The notes beneath the pieces are model-generated. The model had not been told where the DNA came from and made no database searches. It worked only from the letters and a program-made list of their open reading frames with translations. Below, in pieces: positions 25,454 to 39,746 of a stretch of 64,000 nt of DNA (position 1 is the stretch's first letter; every line of letters starts with the position of its first letter). This DNA comes from Proteromonas lacertae (lineage: Eukaryota): NCBI GenBank assembly GCA_002245135.1, contig NGBS01000007.1:1-64000 (forward strand). Reading direction: 5' to 3'. A program made the translations under genes and the position numbers.

Positions 25454-26592
25454 TTAAACTAAATCAGGAACTTCTTCATCATCATCTTCTTCATCATCAT
25501 CTAACTCTTCAACACGTGGATCATCATCAGGAATAAATGGATCAACATAACGGTCTTTCTCTCTAGCTTCATCACCCATTATTCTCTCAACTAATTCGAA
25601 GCATAAATCATCTATTTTTGGATCAATGTTCTTTTTACTTGCTGTATGGAAATTTCGAATAATTGGATATGCTTTTCCTCTTCTTAATTCATTTCTACCT
25701 GTCAATGATCCTGTCAACAATAATAAACTTTCTAGTATATTCTTCAATACATCAATATTCTTCTCTCTTTTCTTCTTTTTTCCTTCAGCTATTACTTCTT
25801 CAGCTAATCCATATCTATCTCTTGCAGACAATCTTTCTGGTCCTGCAATTGGATATAGTAACTTTGGAAGTATATTTACATCAGGTGAAAAGAGTAAATA
25901 TTGATGTTGTTCTAGATCTATACAAATATTTCTGATTGTTCCACTTATTCCAATTCTTCTAATTTCATTAGGTGATTTTAAAAAGGGGAGGATTTTAGGT
26001 AATATATTTCGTTTTTGATCAACCAGTAAGTGTCTTCCTTCGTCTAATTGTGTTATATTGTTTAATATTGTTGCAACATATTGTAAAGAATCACTTGGAT
26101 TTTCTTCTGTTACATTCTTTAGGTTTTCTGGATCTATAAACCAACTCACTAGCCTACAAGACATTTAAACCCATCAAAGCACCTCCATTACTTCTCATTT
26201 GTAATACAGCACCTGCTCCTACTTCACTTTGACTTAAATTACTCAACAACATCAAACACAAGTTTTTGAGTGGGTAATTTTGATCTTTTAAATTTTCCAT
26301 TACACTTTCAACAATACTATCTTTACTCATATTAGCTCTTAGTTCACTGTCTTCACACAAATTAATTAATGTTGTTAGAACAGGTTTTGATATTATCAAT
26401 TGATCTCCTATTAAACGGCATAATTCTTTTACTACATTAGTATTCTTCAATGCTTCTCTTCCTTCTTGAGAAGAGCTTAAACCCATTATTATTTCAACAG
26501 TTTGTTTTCTAACCTCTGGTTTTGGATCTCTATTTACATAAAATCATGTAATCATACCTCAAAAACCCTATTAACTCTTCTAATTCAGACAT
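25454..26592 (-). CDS. HGH1: HGH1 (FAM203) eEF2 co-chaperone, ARM-like
   Basis: Starts MSELEELIGFL. Motifs MLLSNLS, LNNITQL..GR, IRRIGISGTIRNIC, LPKLLYPIAGPE and ESLLLL...GRNELR...YPIIR. A 1-nt insertion near 26157 breaks the frame. Confidence 0.85.
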
Positions 26593-26721
26593 GAAAAAAA
26601 TTATGGTGCAAAAATGTTGACCCAAAATACACCAAATCAAACCATATTTTACATTTTGTTATTTTCATCGATATAACAACAAATACAAAATAAATATACT
26701 CAAAAGAATTAATAAATCCTT

Positions 26722-27884
26722 TTAATGTGATTGATTTTCAACATACTTTTGTCTAGCTGCAGCAGCAGCACCTATAATACCAGCATGAGGTCCAGCAGTA
26801 GCAGAAACAATTTTAACCAATGGTTTCATAATAGTCCAATTATATTTTGAATATTCTTCATTAACTTTATTAAACAACAAATCACCTGCTTCAGCCATTC
26901 CGCCTGTCATAACAATCACTTGTGGATCAAATGTTCTACAAACATTCACACAACCAACTGCTAAGTAAGATACTGCATAATCAACTACATCTTTAGCTAA
27001 TTCATCTCCTTTACCATATGCTTCAAATACATCTTTACAAGTGACTTCTTTATTTTCTTGTTGAATTGTTCTTAAAACTGATGGTTTATTACTTGATTCT
27101 ATCTTTTCTTTGGCAATTCTTGCTACAGCATTGGCAGATGTATACTAAATATATAAAGCATTAATTATTATATATACTGTTTCTAAACATCCTTTCTGTC
27201 CACAACCACATTTTCTTCCTTCTTTTTCTACAATCATATGACCAGTTTCAGCTCCCATATCAAAACCACCATGTAATATTCTACCTTCTTCTACATAACC
27301 ACAACCAACACCACTGCCTAATGTTAACATTACTAAACTCTTATATCCTTTACCACTTCCTACCCAATACTCTGCGGCTGCTGCTGCATTACCATCATTT
27401 TCTAAAGTACAAGGAATGCCTGTCTTCTTGGATACATAGTCTGTAATTGGAGCATTCTTCCATGGGAAGTTTGCTGCTGATTTTAATACTCCGTGCTATA
27501 TAATATTATATTAGAATTCAATTATATACTTCATAATCTAAAAGTCCTGGACTTCCAATACCAATTCCAGCAACATCTTTCATATTAAGATTGGATGAAG
27601 ATAATGCATCTTTTGTTACTTCAACTAATAAATCCATTACAGACTCAAATTTGTAATCATCAATTTTCTTTGAACTTCTGCTTATTAATTTTCCTGTATT
27701 ATCAACTACACCAGCTTTTGCATTAGTAGCACCTAAATCAATTCCAATAAACAATGGATTTGTCTTTGCATATACTTTATTGTTTCTGTAACATATATAT
27801 CCAGCATAACCGAATGCTAAAACACTTGATGCTCTATAAAAAGAATAAACAATAAATATTATACCCAATAACTCTTCTAAACAT
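26722..27884 (-). CDS. ROK-family sugar kinase (glucokinase-like) with N-terminal extension
   Basis: Motifs IGIDLGATNAK, GIGIGSPG, LENDGNAAAAAE, LTLGSGVGCG, ETGH...CGCGQKGCLE and AGIIGAA. Spliced start reads MFRRVIG|ASSVLAFGYAGY. Confidence 0.9.
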
Positions 27885-27967
27885 GGCAATAAGAAAGATT
27901 TTTAAAAAACACAAGAATTAGCTTGACTATCTCAAACTTAATATTTTCATATTTATTCATTTAAGTA

Positions 27968-29506
27968 ATGTCCAGCAAAGTTTCAATACTAGATCACCCT
28001 ACTACAATAAAACAACAAAATTACCTATCCAGATTTGGATTGTCTATATCTTATACAAAAGATAAAGGCAGAAAACTGATAGCTGAGAAAGATTTTTCAA
28101 TAGGTGATACAATACTAGTAAATCAATGTTTTAGTAAAATTTTAATCGCAAAGTTCAATCCAACTAGGTGTTACAGTTGTTTTGCACAAGGTGACAATAT
28201 ATTGAGATGCAGTAAATGTAAATATGTTTATTATTGTATGATTACCATATTCATCTGTTTATATAATATATATAGGTAATAGGGCTTGTCAAATGAAAGA
28301 TTGGAGATTTCATAAAAGAGAATGTGAAAGAATAGAATTATTTAAAACACTTCCCCCAGAAGCAAGAGATGATTTAATGCTTGTTGGAAGAATCACTTTA
28401 GCAAAACAAAACCATACCCAAAATGTATATATAAATTTAATGTAATAATAGAGTTGTTTTATCAATGATATTGAAACAATTCCGTGTAGTGGAGATGATG
28501 TAAATCTTATGTGTACAAATAAAAGCAAAGTAATTCAAGAAGAACCAGATAGAATTACCAGTTATTTCTCTTTAGCTGATTTTGCTATTAAGAATGAAAT
28601 GTTACCTTCCAATATAAAAGATCCTGAAGAAGTAGTTGATATTTTATTAAAAATAAATTGCAATAATTTTGGAATAGTGGATAGTTTGTATCAAATATAT
28701 AGTAGTGGAGTTTATCCAATTGGATCATTAATTAATCACAGTTGTTGTAGTAATACTGTAGTAACATATGACAAATTTTATGTATTTATTTTTAATATTA
28801 TATGTTTTTTTATAAATAGAATCAAATATTTAGATGTATTTCACCAATAGTAAAAGGTGAAGAAATTACTCATTCATATATTGACAGTATGTGTCCACGT
28901 GAAGAAAGACAATTAGCATTAAGAGATTATTCGTTTATATGTAATTGTCCAAGATGTAGTGATGATATAGAAAAGACAATAGATTTTGATTTAATCAGTG
29001 ATGTTAAACATACTATGATAAAACTAGATGATGAAGTTTTAAATAGTAAAATTGAGGAGATTAAAAGGTTGAGAGATGAAAGTGAAAGTTTGGATTCAGC
29101 TGATGAAAGAATAGAAAAACTAAAAGAAGCTTGTGATTTGTGTAATAAATATTTATATAAGTATCATTATTTGACTTTGTCTGTAAAAAGTGCATTATTA
29201 ATTGCATACAGTGAAGCTAATTTGATTGGTAAAGCATTGTTTATTAGTAATGACGTAGTTGAAGGGTTTAAATATGTTTATGGTGAATATCACCCTGTTT
29301 ATGCTTTACAATTATACACTCAAGGTAATTTAAAGGATTTATTAGGTCAACATCATGATGCATATGTTGTATTAAATGATGCGAGAACTAAATTGTTGTT
29401 ATCTTATCTTCCTAGCGATCCAATGATTGAAGACCTTAATACTTATATAGAGAATGTTAAAGAGAGTATTGATCAAGTAAAAATTAATCATAAGTTGGAT
29501 TCATAG
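27968..29506 (+). CDS. SMYD-family SET/MYND lysine methyltransferase
   Basis: Motifs KGRKLIA, the MYND finger CYSC...CSKCK...YC...CQ..DW..HKREC, SLINHSC, GEEITHSYID and FICNCPRC, followed by a TPR-like tail. Confidence 0.9.
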
Positions 29507-29613
29507 AGTAAAATTTATTAATAGAAATTTTTGTTTGTTTTTTGAAAATGTAACTGGGCTTGATGCTTGTTTGATTCATTCATATCAAAATAAACCATTA
29601 AGACTTCATTACT

Positions 29614-32600
29614 ATGCTATCAAGGTTGGCTTTTGTGACCAGTATAGGAGTTAATATACTGTAAATAGAGAGAATTCGTTTAAATGGTCTTAGAAGTATT
29701 TCTACTTTGAAGGAAGTTCCAGGTTCTTTATCATTATACTTGAACAGTATATACTAAATATTGCATTTATCATTTTATTTTAGATTGTGCACTAAAAGAA
29801 CCCAATTATTCTTCTAAACTTGATTCTTACACTCATGATGAACTTCTCTATTCATTGCAATCAATACAAAATACAAAATTGAATAATTTAGATGATAAAG
29901 AATTGGAGGGATTAATAACTAATCCAGATTTTACAGGTGTAAAATTAGAATTTCAAGAAGTAGTAGTAGAAAATGAAAATACCAAAGAAGTACTAAATGA
30001 ATTAGGTATGATAATAAAGGAAAATAAATTGAAAGATCAATTAATTTGGAAGGAATTAGTCAATACAATAGAAGTGGATAATAATAAGAGATATTTGAAA
30101 TGGAAAAGTTTAAATGGATCAATAAATCCATCAATAAAAAGTGAGAACAATGAAACATATAGACTATCAATAAGCAAGACATTGGAAGAAATCACATCTA
30201 CAAATAAAGAGAATGAAATTGTTATAAGTGATAATATTACAAATATAGGATTAATACCTTATACTATATACAAATATATAAAAAATAACAATAATGGTAC
30301 AAAGAAAATATTAGAAATACATATGAATAGTAATAATAATATGACAATAGAAGTAGAATTGCCAACAAAAGATTTGATTGTTAAATACAAACCAAAAACA
30401 ACAATTCCAACATCAACAACAACAATTTCAGAGAATATTACCAGAATCATTATGAATGATAATAATCTAAAAAGAATAAACAATACAAATGAAATTCATT
30501 ATTTATCTTTCAATAATAAAGATTTGAAGTCAGTCTTATCAAAAGATATATTACAAAGATGTAAGTTATATTCAATCAATAATGAAGATTTAAATAGTTT
30601 TTTAAAATGTATGAATAACAGTAAATCTGACTTAAAAATCAAAGAATTATATTTAGAGAACTTTTTAGATATTTCTAACCAGAAATTATCATTATATTCA
30701 GATATTAAATCTGTTTTACCAAGAATCAATAAAGATCTTGAATATGAAGTAGATCATTTGAATAAACAGTTGAAAAATGTAATGGATTTTGTAACAAAGA
30801 GTATATTTATTGTTTATTATATATATAGATGTTGAAGATTCAAATGTTATAGCAAATTCATTTGAAAAAATTATGAAAGAGTGTAACTTGTCAAGAGTGT
30901 TAAATGTAGAGAATTTATTTTCGAAACAAAAGAATATCTGTAGCTCATATGATGAACTTATTAGTCTAAATGATAGAGATTTAGAAGAAATAGATACTAT
31001 TGCATGTATTATATATAATTTTATTAAATTATTAGTTGATAATAATGAGAATATAAATTCAACCAAATTTGAAGAAATCTTAAAAGTTTTACCCAAAATA
31101 CCCAATTTGAAATCTATTGAAATACTCAGTATAGATTGACTTATACTTATATTGATAATAGAGAGTGATATTATTGATCCAGACTTATTAGAATTTGACG
31201 AATATTTAAAGACTAACCCCAATCTTGAGAAACTCAAAATTGTTAGCCATAAATTATCATTTCTTAGTTTTTCTTCTTTATTATCCAATATTAATCCTCA
31301 TATTAAAGAATTGTCAATGTCTAGTGATTTGTATAATGATGCTGTAACATTAATACTTAATAATCATCTTCCAAAACTTCCAGATTTAGAAAGATTAGAA
31401 TTATATGGATATAAACTAAGTGCAACTGAATTGGAGAAAGTTTATAAGAATGTTGATGCTTATTGTCCAAATATGAAATATCTATCATTACCATGTATAA
31501 TTTACTAATATGTTTATATTGGTTTAATAGATGTAAAAAACTTAAAAAATGAAACAAATTCTGTTATTGGTAGATATGGTATACATAATTATGAGATTGG
31601 ATTTACTGATGCTTGTATCACTGTTCCTGAAATGCAAGAGTTGTACGATATTCATCCAAATCTACAGTTTGGATATCTTGAATGTGTTGGCTTGAATAAT
31701 GAAAATGTTAGAAAATTTTCTGAATATATGAAAATAAACAAAAATCTCAGTCATTTGTTTATTACTGGTATTTATAATATTATATTCTTTTATTGTTATT
31801 TTATTTTTATGAAATAGAAGGTTCAATTAGTTCAGAGAATATCAACTGTTTATTTGATAGTATTGACAAGTTGAATATAGAAGTTCTTTCATTCAAGAAA
31901 TGTAAATTTAATGAAGAAGAGTTAATTAGGTTGTGTGAAAGAATTAATGAATTTGAGATTATTGATGATTTAGAAATAGAAGACTGTAATATGACTGCAA
32001 AGAGTTTATCTCTTTTATTAGACAGTGTGAAAAGTTTAAAGAATATAAGAAGATTAAACATTGCTGGTTTGAAAATAAACGATGAAATTGTCAGTGTATT
32101 GAAGTGTTTCAAAACAATATCTCCAAAATTTGAAAGTTTAGCTCTTGGAAATAATTCAATGAATCCAGAAGTATTAATTGATTTAATTGGCAGTGAATTA
32201 TTCAATAAAACTATAGTATTGACATTAAAAAACCTAAATATCAAATCTTATCAAACTCATAAAGTATTTAATGCATTAGAATCTATGCCAAAGATTGGAT
32301 TTGTTATTTTAGATGGATGTGAAACTAATGAAGGAATGATGAAAGATATAAATGAATTGAATTTGAAATATGAAATAGTACAACCAGAAAGAACTACTAA
32401 AAAAACAAACTGGTTGACATTAATTTTGGGTTTTGTTGGCTTATATCTTGTAATGGATTACTTTGAAAGAAGTGATAATCAGAATAAGAATAATAATAAG
32501 CAAATCAACAATCATAATGAAGCTACAGAAGTATTACCAAATAATAATGATGTCCACAAACTTCAAAGTTATGATGATCATCGATACTATAATAATAACA

Positions 32601-32626
32601 ATGATGGGTATTATTTGCAGGCATAA
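29614..32626 (+). CDS. Large RNI-like LRR protein with predicted mitochondrial-type presequence and C-terminal TM
   Basis: Spliced start reads MLSRLAFVTKRIRLNGLRSIST. LxxLxL repeats occur in the 30810-32330 ORFs, and WLTLILGFVGLYLVMDYF is hydrophobic. The exon structure is only partly resolved. Confidence 0.55.
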
Positions 32627-32881
32627 CAATAGTAATTATTCAACCTCAGAAGATTTGTCAGCTGATGAATATTCAGGAGGATCAGCACCTCATGGTTTTA
32701 ATCGATAAATTAGAATAAATTATTCTAATATCAAAACTTTCATTTCTTTTGTGTTCTTTATTTACTATTAAACCATAACAATCATCAAACATTTTGGTTT
32801 GAAATAAAAATTAAAAACTTTAAAATATTCGCGAATTAATCATTTTGAAGGAATATTATCTGATGAAATACAAACTAGACT

Positions 32882-33979
32882 ATGATAAATATATATTCAA
32901 ATATTCAATGTAAGTTATATTCACTCTATTATAGAATTTTGCTATTTTGTCCAGTTGGAGTGTGTTTAAGGATATATTTAAATAAATTAATGGAATATGT
33001 CGATATTAATCCATCTTCATTATTGCGTTATTCTGTAATTAATTTAATAGGAAGGTACTTCATATTATAATTTTTCAGTTCTATTCTAGGAATAGTAAAC
33101 GCATTAAATAGCAAATACAAAGATAATTTAATCATTCGTAATTTATTATCAGGAATTGGAACTGGCTTTTGTGGTTGTCTAACGTCTTTTAGTTCATGGA
33201 CAACTTACACAGGAATTTCAATAATTTATGATGGTTTGTATATCACCTCATTGTTTTTATTGTTCATTGGACCAATTTCTTGCTTTTTTTCCTATAATGT
33301 ATGTCTAGTATAACATTTTATTGAATTTCATTAGCTCTTTTATGGTGCAATTAATATATTGTATGATTATTTGAATGAAAAGACTATTACAGAAGAAATA
33401 GAAATGTCAGAAATAAAGAATGATAGTGTTAATACAAATACTTCTCAAAATCAAATAATTCCCTCTAATTCAGCAGCAGTATCATCAATATTACCATTCT
33501 ATATTTATATTTCAATTGTAATTATACTACAGATTGTTATTTTGATTGTTTTAATCTTTTTGACAGCGTTTTATAAACAATCAACATTAACATACATATT
33601 TGGATATATTGGTGCAACAGTAAGATATTTTTTATCAATATACTTTAATAAACCTAATAAAATACCATATGGAACTTTTTTAGCAAATATTATAGCAACT
33701 ATTATAATGTCTACGCTTGATTCATTGATTGTATTTTTTTGATATATATTTTATGTTAATATATAGATTACTAATAAATTGAAGAAAACATATGTTATCA
33801 ATGCAGTATTTGATGGGATAAACAGTTCAATGAGTACAATGTCAACTTTTGTTTCTGAATGGAATATATTCTATGAAGTTAAACTTATTAAAGAGAAAAT
33901 GAAGATTGTGTTTTATGTTTTATCTTCATTAATTATTGGAGCTATTTATTCAATCATCATTTTTGCTGTTTTTAAGTAA
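32882..33979 (+). CDS. FEX1: Fluoride exporter FEX (two fused CrcB/Fluc domains)
   Basis: First domain: GVCLR, INLIG and GFCGCLTSFSSW. Second domain: GATVRYFLS, IPYGTFLANI and MSTMSTFVSE. Confidence 0.85.
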
Positions 33980-34120
33980 ATTTAATTATTTATTTATTAG
34001 TTATTTAGTTTTTTTAATAAATACAGAAATACAAATAACGAATATATTTTTGAAATGATTTTTCATAACCCCAAATTCTAAAATCTTTTGTATCTTATCA
34101 TATAATCATCTGGACACTAA

Positions 34121-36950
34121 ATGTATATATTCCATATAATAGATGTACATACAAATAAAGTAATAACACTAACAACTTTAGATACATCTTCAAAAGAATA
34201 TCAAATCTTGTTAGAAAAGGTTAAACGATTAGTATTATTGTTTATATTGTGTTATATAATAGAATAATGATGTATATTATGGTGTAACATATTTAAGTTC
34301 TTTTGAATTAAAAATGAAAAGTGATCAAAACTTCATTGTTGAATATCAAACAAATGAAATGTAGTATTGAAGAATTATTATACAGTTTTAAAACTGAAAT
34401 GTAATGAGAAAATATTAGTCAATCAAATAGGTGAAGCATTAGTCAAATTACATAGTTTGTCAATAATCCATAGTAATTTAAACCCTTCAAATATATATCT
34501 TGATTCTGAAAATAATATCAAACTAATAGATTATTTCTTTACACCTATAATTTATGATTTAAATTACCATAGTAGTTATTTTCAAAGTATAGAGATTTTG
34601 TTAGGAAAAGAATATACAGAATCAACGGATAGTTGGTCATTTGGTTGTATTATATATTATATATTGACACAACAATATTTATTTTCATCTAAATCAATTA
34701 AGAGTTTGGCAAAATCAATAACCCATTTTGCTTATTCTCAACCTAAATACAATAATTCACAAATATTCAATATTCTACCTTATCTACTAAATACTTCACC
34801 TTCAGAACGTATTACAATTCAAGAAGCTGTTGATTTAATTAATCGTATAAAATATATTCTTTATGTTGCTATAGAACCTGATTTCCCGCCTATTCCTCCA
34901 CTGTCTACACAAACGTATCAATCGATTGCTTCATTGAATGATGTAAACATACATAAAATGTTAATGGAATACTATAGTAAAAACCAAAATGATAGTTTAA
35001 GTCAATTTACATATAAACAGTGTGTTAGAAAACCATCAGTATTTTCATTACTACTCCCTAAATATGCATCTTTTATAAACATTATTAACACTATAGAAAA
35101 TGAAAAGCATAAGTATAATAGTCTGTTTGAATCTGAAATTACATCTATTTATTATCCACCTATTGGATTGAAAAAACTTGTAGAGAAAGTGTTTAATAAA
35201 TTTGAGGTATTTGATGTAAATAGTATTGATATTATTATATTTATTATAGATGATTTAAAAAATCTTTATACAATTGATTGTTTGTCTCAATCATTATTCC
35301 ATTTAACTAATTTAATTGAGCTGAATCTGGAATGTAAGAATGTATTATAATTATAACTATACTAGATTCTAATATTGGCTCATTGGGCATTTCGAAATTA
35401 GCTTCACAATTCAAATATATTCATAAATTGGAAGTGTTAAATTTGAGAGATAGTAATATTTCTGATAAAGGTGCAAAGTATTTAAGCAAGTATTTAACAG
35501 AACTTACAAACTTAAAAACACTTATTTTAGAAGGTATTTTTTTAACATTGTGATGTGTTATAGACAACGATCTAAAGATTCAAGGTATAAAACAATTATC
35601 AGAAACAATAAGGCAATTAACAAAACTAGAATTCTTAAACGTTGCATGTATATTATAATATGAATAATTACTCTGTATTAGATAATTCAATGTCAACATA
35701 TGGTCTTATTTATTTGACTAATGTATTTGGGTTTTTGACAAATCTCAAACACATTAGTTTACCTGCTATTAATAGTAGTATTGCCATTCATCAACAAGGA
35801 TTATTACTATTTTTTAGAAGTATTAAGCATTTGAATAAATTGGAAATTTTGAATTATAGGAGTAAAATTCATTCGATATATATATATATATCTCTAAATA
35901 GCTAATGAAATTAATACAATTGGTTGTCAATACTTATCAGAATCATTGCAATATTTTCCTTCGCTTAAGAAATTGATCATTAGAAGTATATATATTATGA
36001 TATATTCATTATTGTTATACTTTTTTAGCAAATAAAATAAACGAAAATGGAATTATTTTCATTGCAAGAAAGTTTTCATATATTACCAATTTAGAAAAGT
36101 TGAACTTAAGAAGTATATACAATTATATATTATATTTGATCAGATAATCCTCTTGGCTCAAAAGGAATTGAAGTTTTGGCTAAGCATTTATCTCAACTCA
36201 AAAATTTAAAGAATCTTAATCTAGAATGTATTATACAAATCTAATAACATTTATTTAATAGTATGTAAAATTAATGATGATGGAATGAAATATTTAGTCA
36301 AACCATTACAGCTCTTGACAAATCTACAGATACTTGATCTAGAAAGAAACAAATTATCTGCAATTGGTATTGGTTATTTGTGTGAAGTATTATCTTGTCT
36401 AAGAGAATTACAGGTGTTAAATATACCTGGAAATCAATTAGAATATGATGGATCAGAGTGTTTGTCAAAGCAGTTCAAACACATAACAAATTTGAAGGTA
36501 TTGCATTTAGAATCAACTGATATTAGACCAGATGGATTATCATTAATATGTGATTCAATTCATTATTTATCTAATCTTATTGCATTGAAATTGGGAAGTT
36601 GTCAAATAGGAGATAGAGGTTTATCCTATTTTTCATTAATTGTGTGTTTTGTAACATTATTACAATCATTAGATTTAGAAGATAATAACATAACTGATAA
36701 TGGAATTAAAGCATTTTCAGCAACAGTAACATTACTGACTAATTTGCAATACCTAAACTTAAACAAAAATGATGGAATTACAAGAATAGGGATAAATAGA
36801 TTAAGTCAACTTCTTAAGTTCAAATTCATACCAATAATATATTTGGAGAGTATTTATTTATTAATTACATCTTTTTTAGATAGCAAAATGGAAGTTTCTT
36901 CAATTGATGCTATTTGTAAAGTTTTCAATCCATTTGAAGCAATAAAATGA
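34121..36950 (+). CDS. Pseudokinase + RNI-like LRR protein
   Basis: Kinase fold with IIHSNLNPSNIYL, KLIDYF and DSWSFGCIIY, followed by about 15 28-residue LRRs. Start codon uncertain. Confidence 0.75.
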
Positions 36951-37051
36951 ATAAATAATATAATATAATTATTTAAGTTATTTATCTTTGTTGTTTTTTT
37001 TATTTTTATAAAACAGCTAAACACAATATCATATTTCTAAAATTACAAATT

Positions 37052-38209
37052 TCATATATTAATAACATTCAAAATGTTTTCTAATCTAGTAATATTCACT
37101 ATAAACATTCCATTTTTCATACTTTCATATGTTCCATAATACTCCAATCCCATACTTCTGGCCAATGACATATAACACAAATTACCACTTAAAAACTCCA
37201 CTATTTTACAGTTTTCAGATAGAATAGCATTAGACAAACCAGCACCATGAGGAGTAACAATCAATTTTGCATATTTGAAATAGTTTAACGTGTCTTGGAA
37301 TTTAGTATTTGGATAAAATATAGCCATTTTCTTATTACTATATCTGTTCTTTATCGTTGTTTCCACTTCTTTAAAATTAATAATATCTCTAGTACCAAAT
37401 CTTTTTATTAATATTATATCATATTCTGGTTTAGATGTTATTCTACTCCTTAAATAATTTCTTATTGATTGTATATAAATTATTGGAGGAGTTGAACCAC
37501 ATCCTCCTTTCTCTAATACTAATAATCTCTTCGCATAAATATTACCAGATAGAATTCTAGAATCATTAAATCCAAGAAAATGTAAATAGTTAAGACTAGC
37601 TGCTCTATAAGTATGTATTTTTATAGATGGATCCTTCAGTAATTCTGGGATATAATACCCTATTTTTGATAGACATTCAACAATAGAATGAAACACAGCA
37701 TTTCCCCAGTGGTGAGATATTGATATTACTTTATCGAACTGAAAATGTTGAGGCTTTTTGTATAACTTTTTTGGTAGCTCTGAACATTTGCATCCTCCCA
37801 CTGTTGTTAAATCCCAACAATTAGAATGAATACTACCATCTTGTGCTACTATTACATCTTTAAACCCAAAAGCTTTTAGATTAAATGTTTGATTTACTAG
37901 TCTAACACTATTTCCTATATTACCTCTGATCTGTGTATTAGATCTAATTAATTGAAGTGATGATTCCTCCACTTGAATCCTTAAATTATTAGACTGGAAA
38001 TGAAATACGTTTTTTACTCCTATATTACTGAACTTAAGACATGCTATGCTAGAAACATTGCTGCATTGAATCAATTTCATTTGCTCCAACTGTTTAAAAG
38101 ATTCTCCTATAAATGTAGTAGGGTTTATTTTTGGAACTTTCTTTACCTTTTTCTTTTTGTAACTATACAAAAAGTACATTACACATACAAACACCATCCA
38201 TTCCAACAT
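37052..38209 (-). CDS. Glycosyltransferase family 61 (DUF563)
   Basis: Intronless ORF with an N-terminal anchor and the motifs WGNAVFHSIVECL, R.I.NFKEV and LIVTPHGAGLSNAIL...IVEF. Confidence 0.85.
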   Translation of the reverse strand: MLEWMVFVCVMYFLYSYKKKKVKKVPKINPTTFIGESFKQLEQMKLIQCSNVSSIACLKFSNIGVKNVFHFQSNNLRIQVEESSLQLIRSNTQIRGNIGNSVRLVNQTFNLKAFGFKDVIVAQDGSIHSNCWDLTTVGGCKCSELPKKLYKKPQHFQFDKVISISHHWGNAVFHSIVECLSKIGYYIPELLKDPSIKIHTYRAASLNYLHFLGFNDSRILSGNIYAKRLLVLEKGGCGSTPPIIYIQSIRNYLRSRITSKPEYDIILIKRFGTRDIINFKEVETTIKNRYSNKKMAIFYPNTKFQDTLNYFKYAKLIVTPHGAGLSNAILSENCKIVEFLSGNLCYMSLARSMGLEYYGTYESMKNGMFIVNITRLENILNVINI

Positions 38210-38259
38210 TATAACAAATCAAATATGGTTTGATGAATATCAAAACGAATATAATTCTA

Positions 38260-38270
38260 TTCCCGCCAAA
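38260..38270 (-). promoter_or_regulatory. E2F-like site (TTTGGCGGGAA) upstream of CDC7
   Basis: Plus-strand ttcccgccaaa ends 4 bp before the CDC7 ATG and matches the E2F consensus TTTSSCGS on the minus strand. Confidence 0.55.
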
Positions 38271-38274
38271 ACCA

Positions 38275-39610
<1,336 letters not shown>

Positions 39611-39746
39611 TTTTTCTCACTAATAATTTAAACATTATTTATTTAGAAATATAATTTTGGGAGGAAACACTTTGGAATGTGAGATAAAACCAAAAATAAA
39701 GAATGATAAAAGCTTGGCTTGATTCTATAAAAACATCAAAAAATCA

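Noticed and set aside
30259..32244. Several antisense ORFs rich in Ile/Leu/Phe/Ser (similar ones at 2488, 12803, 20178 and 25626)
   Set aside because: They are antisense shadows of AT-rich coding sequence with no motifs of their own.
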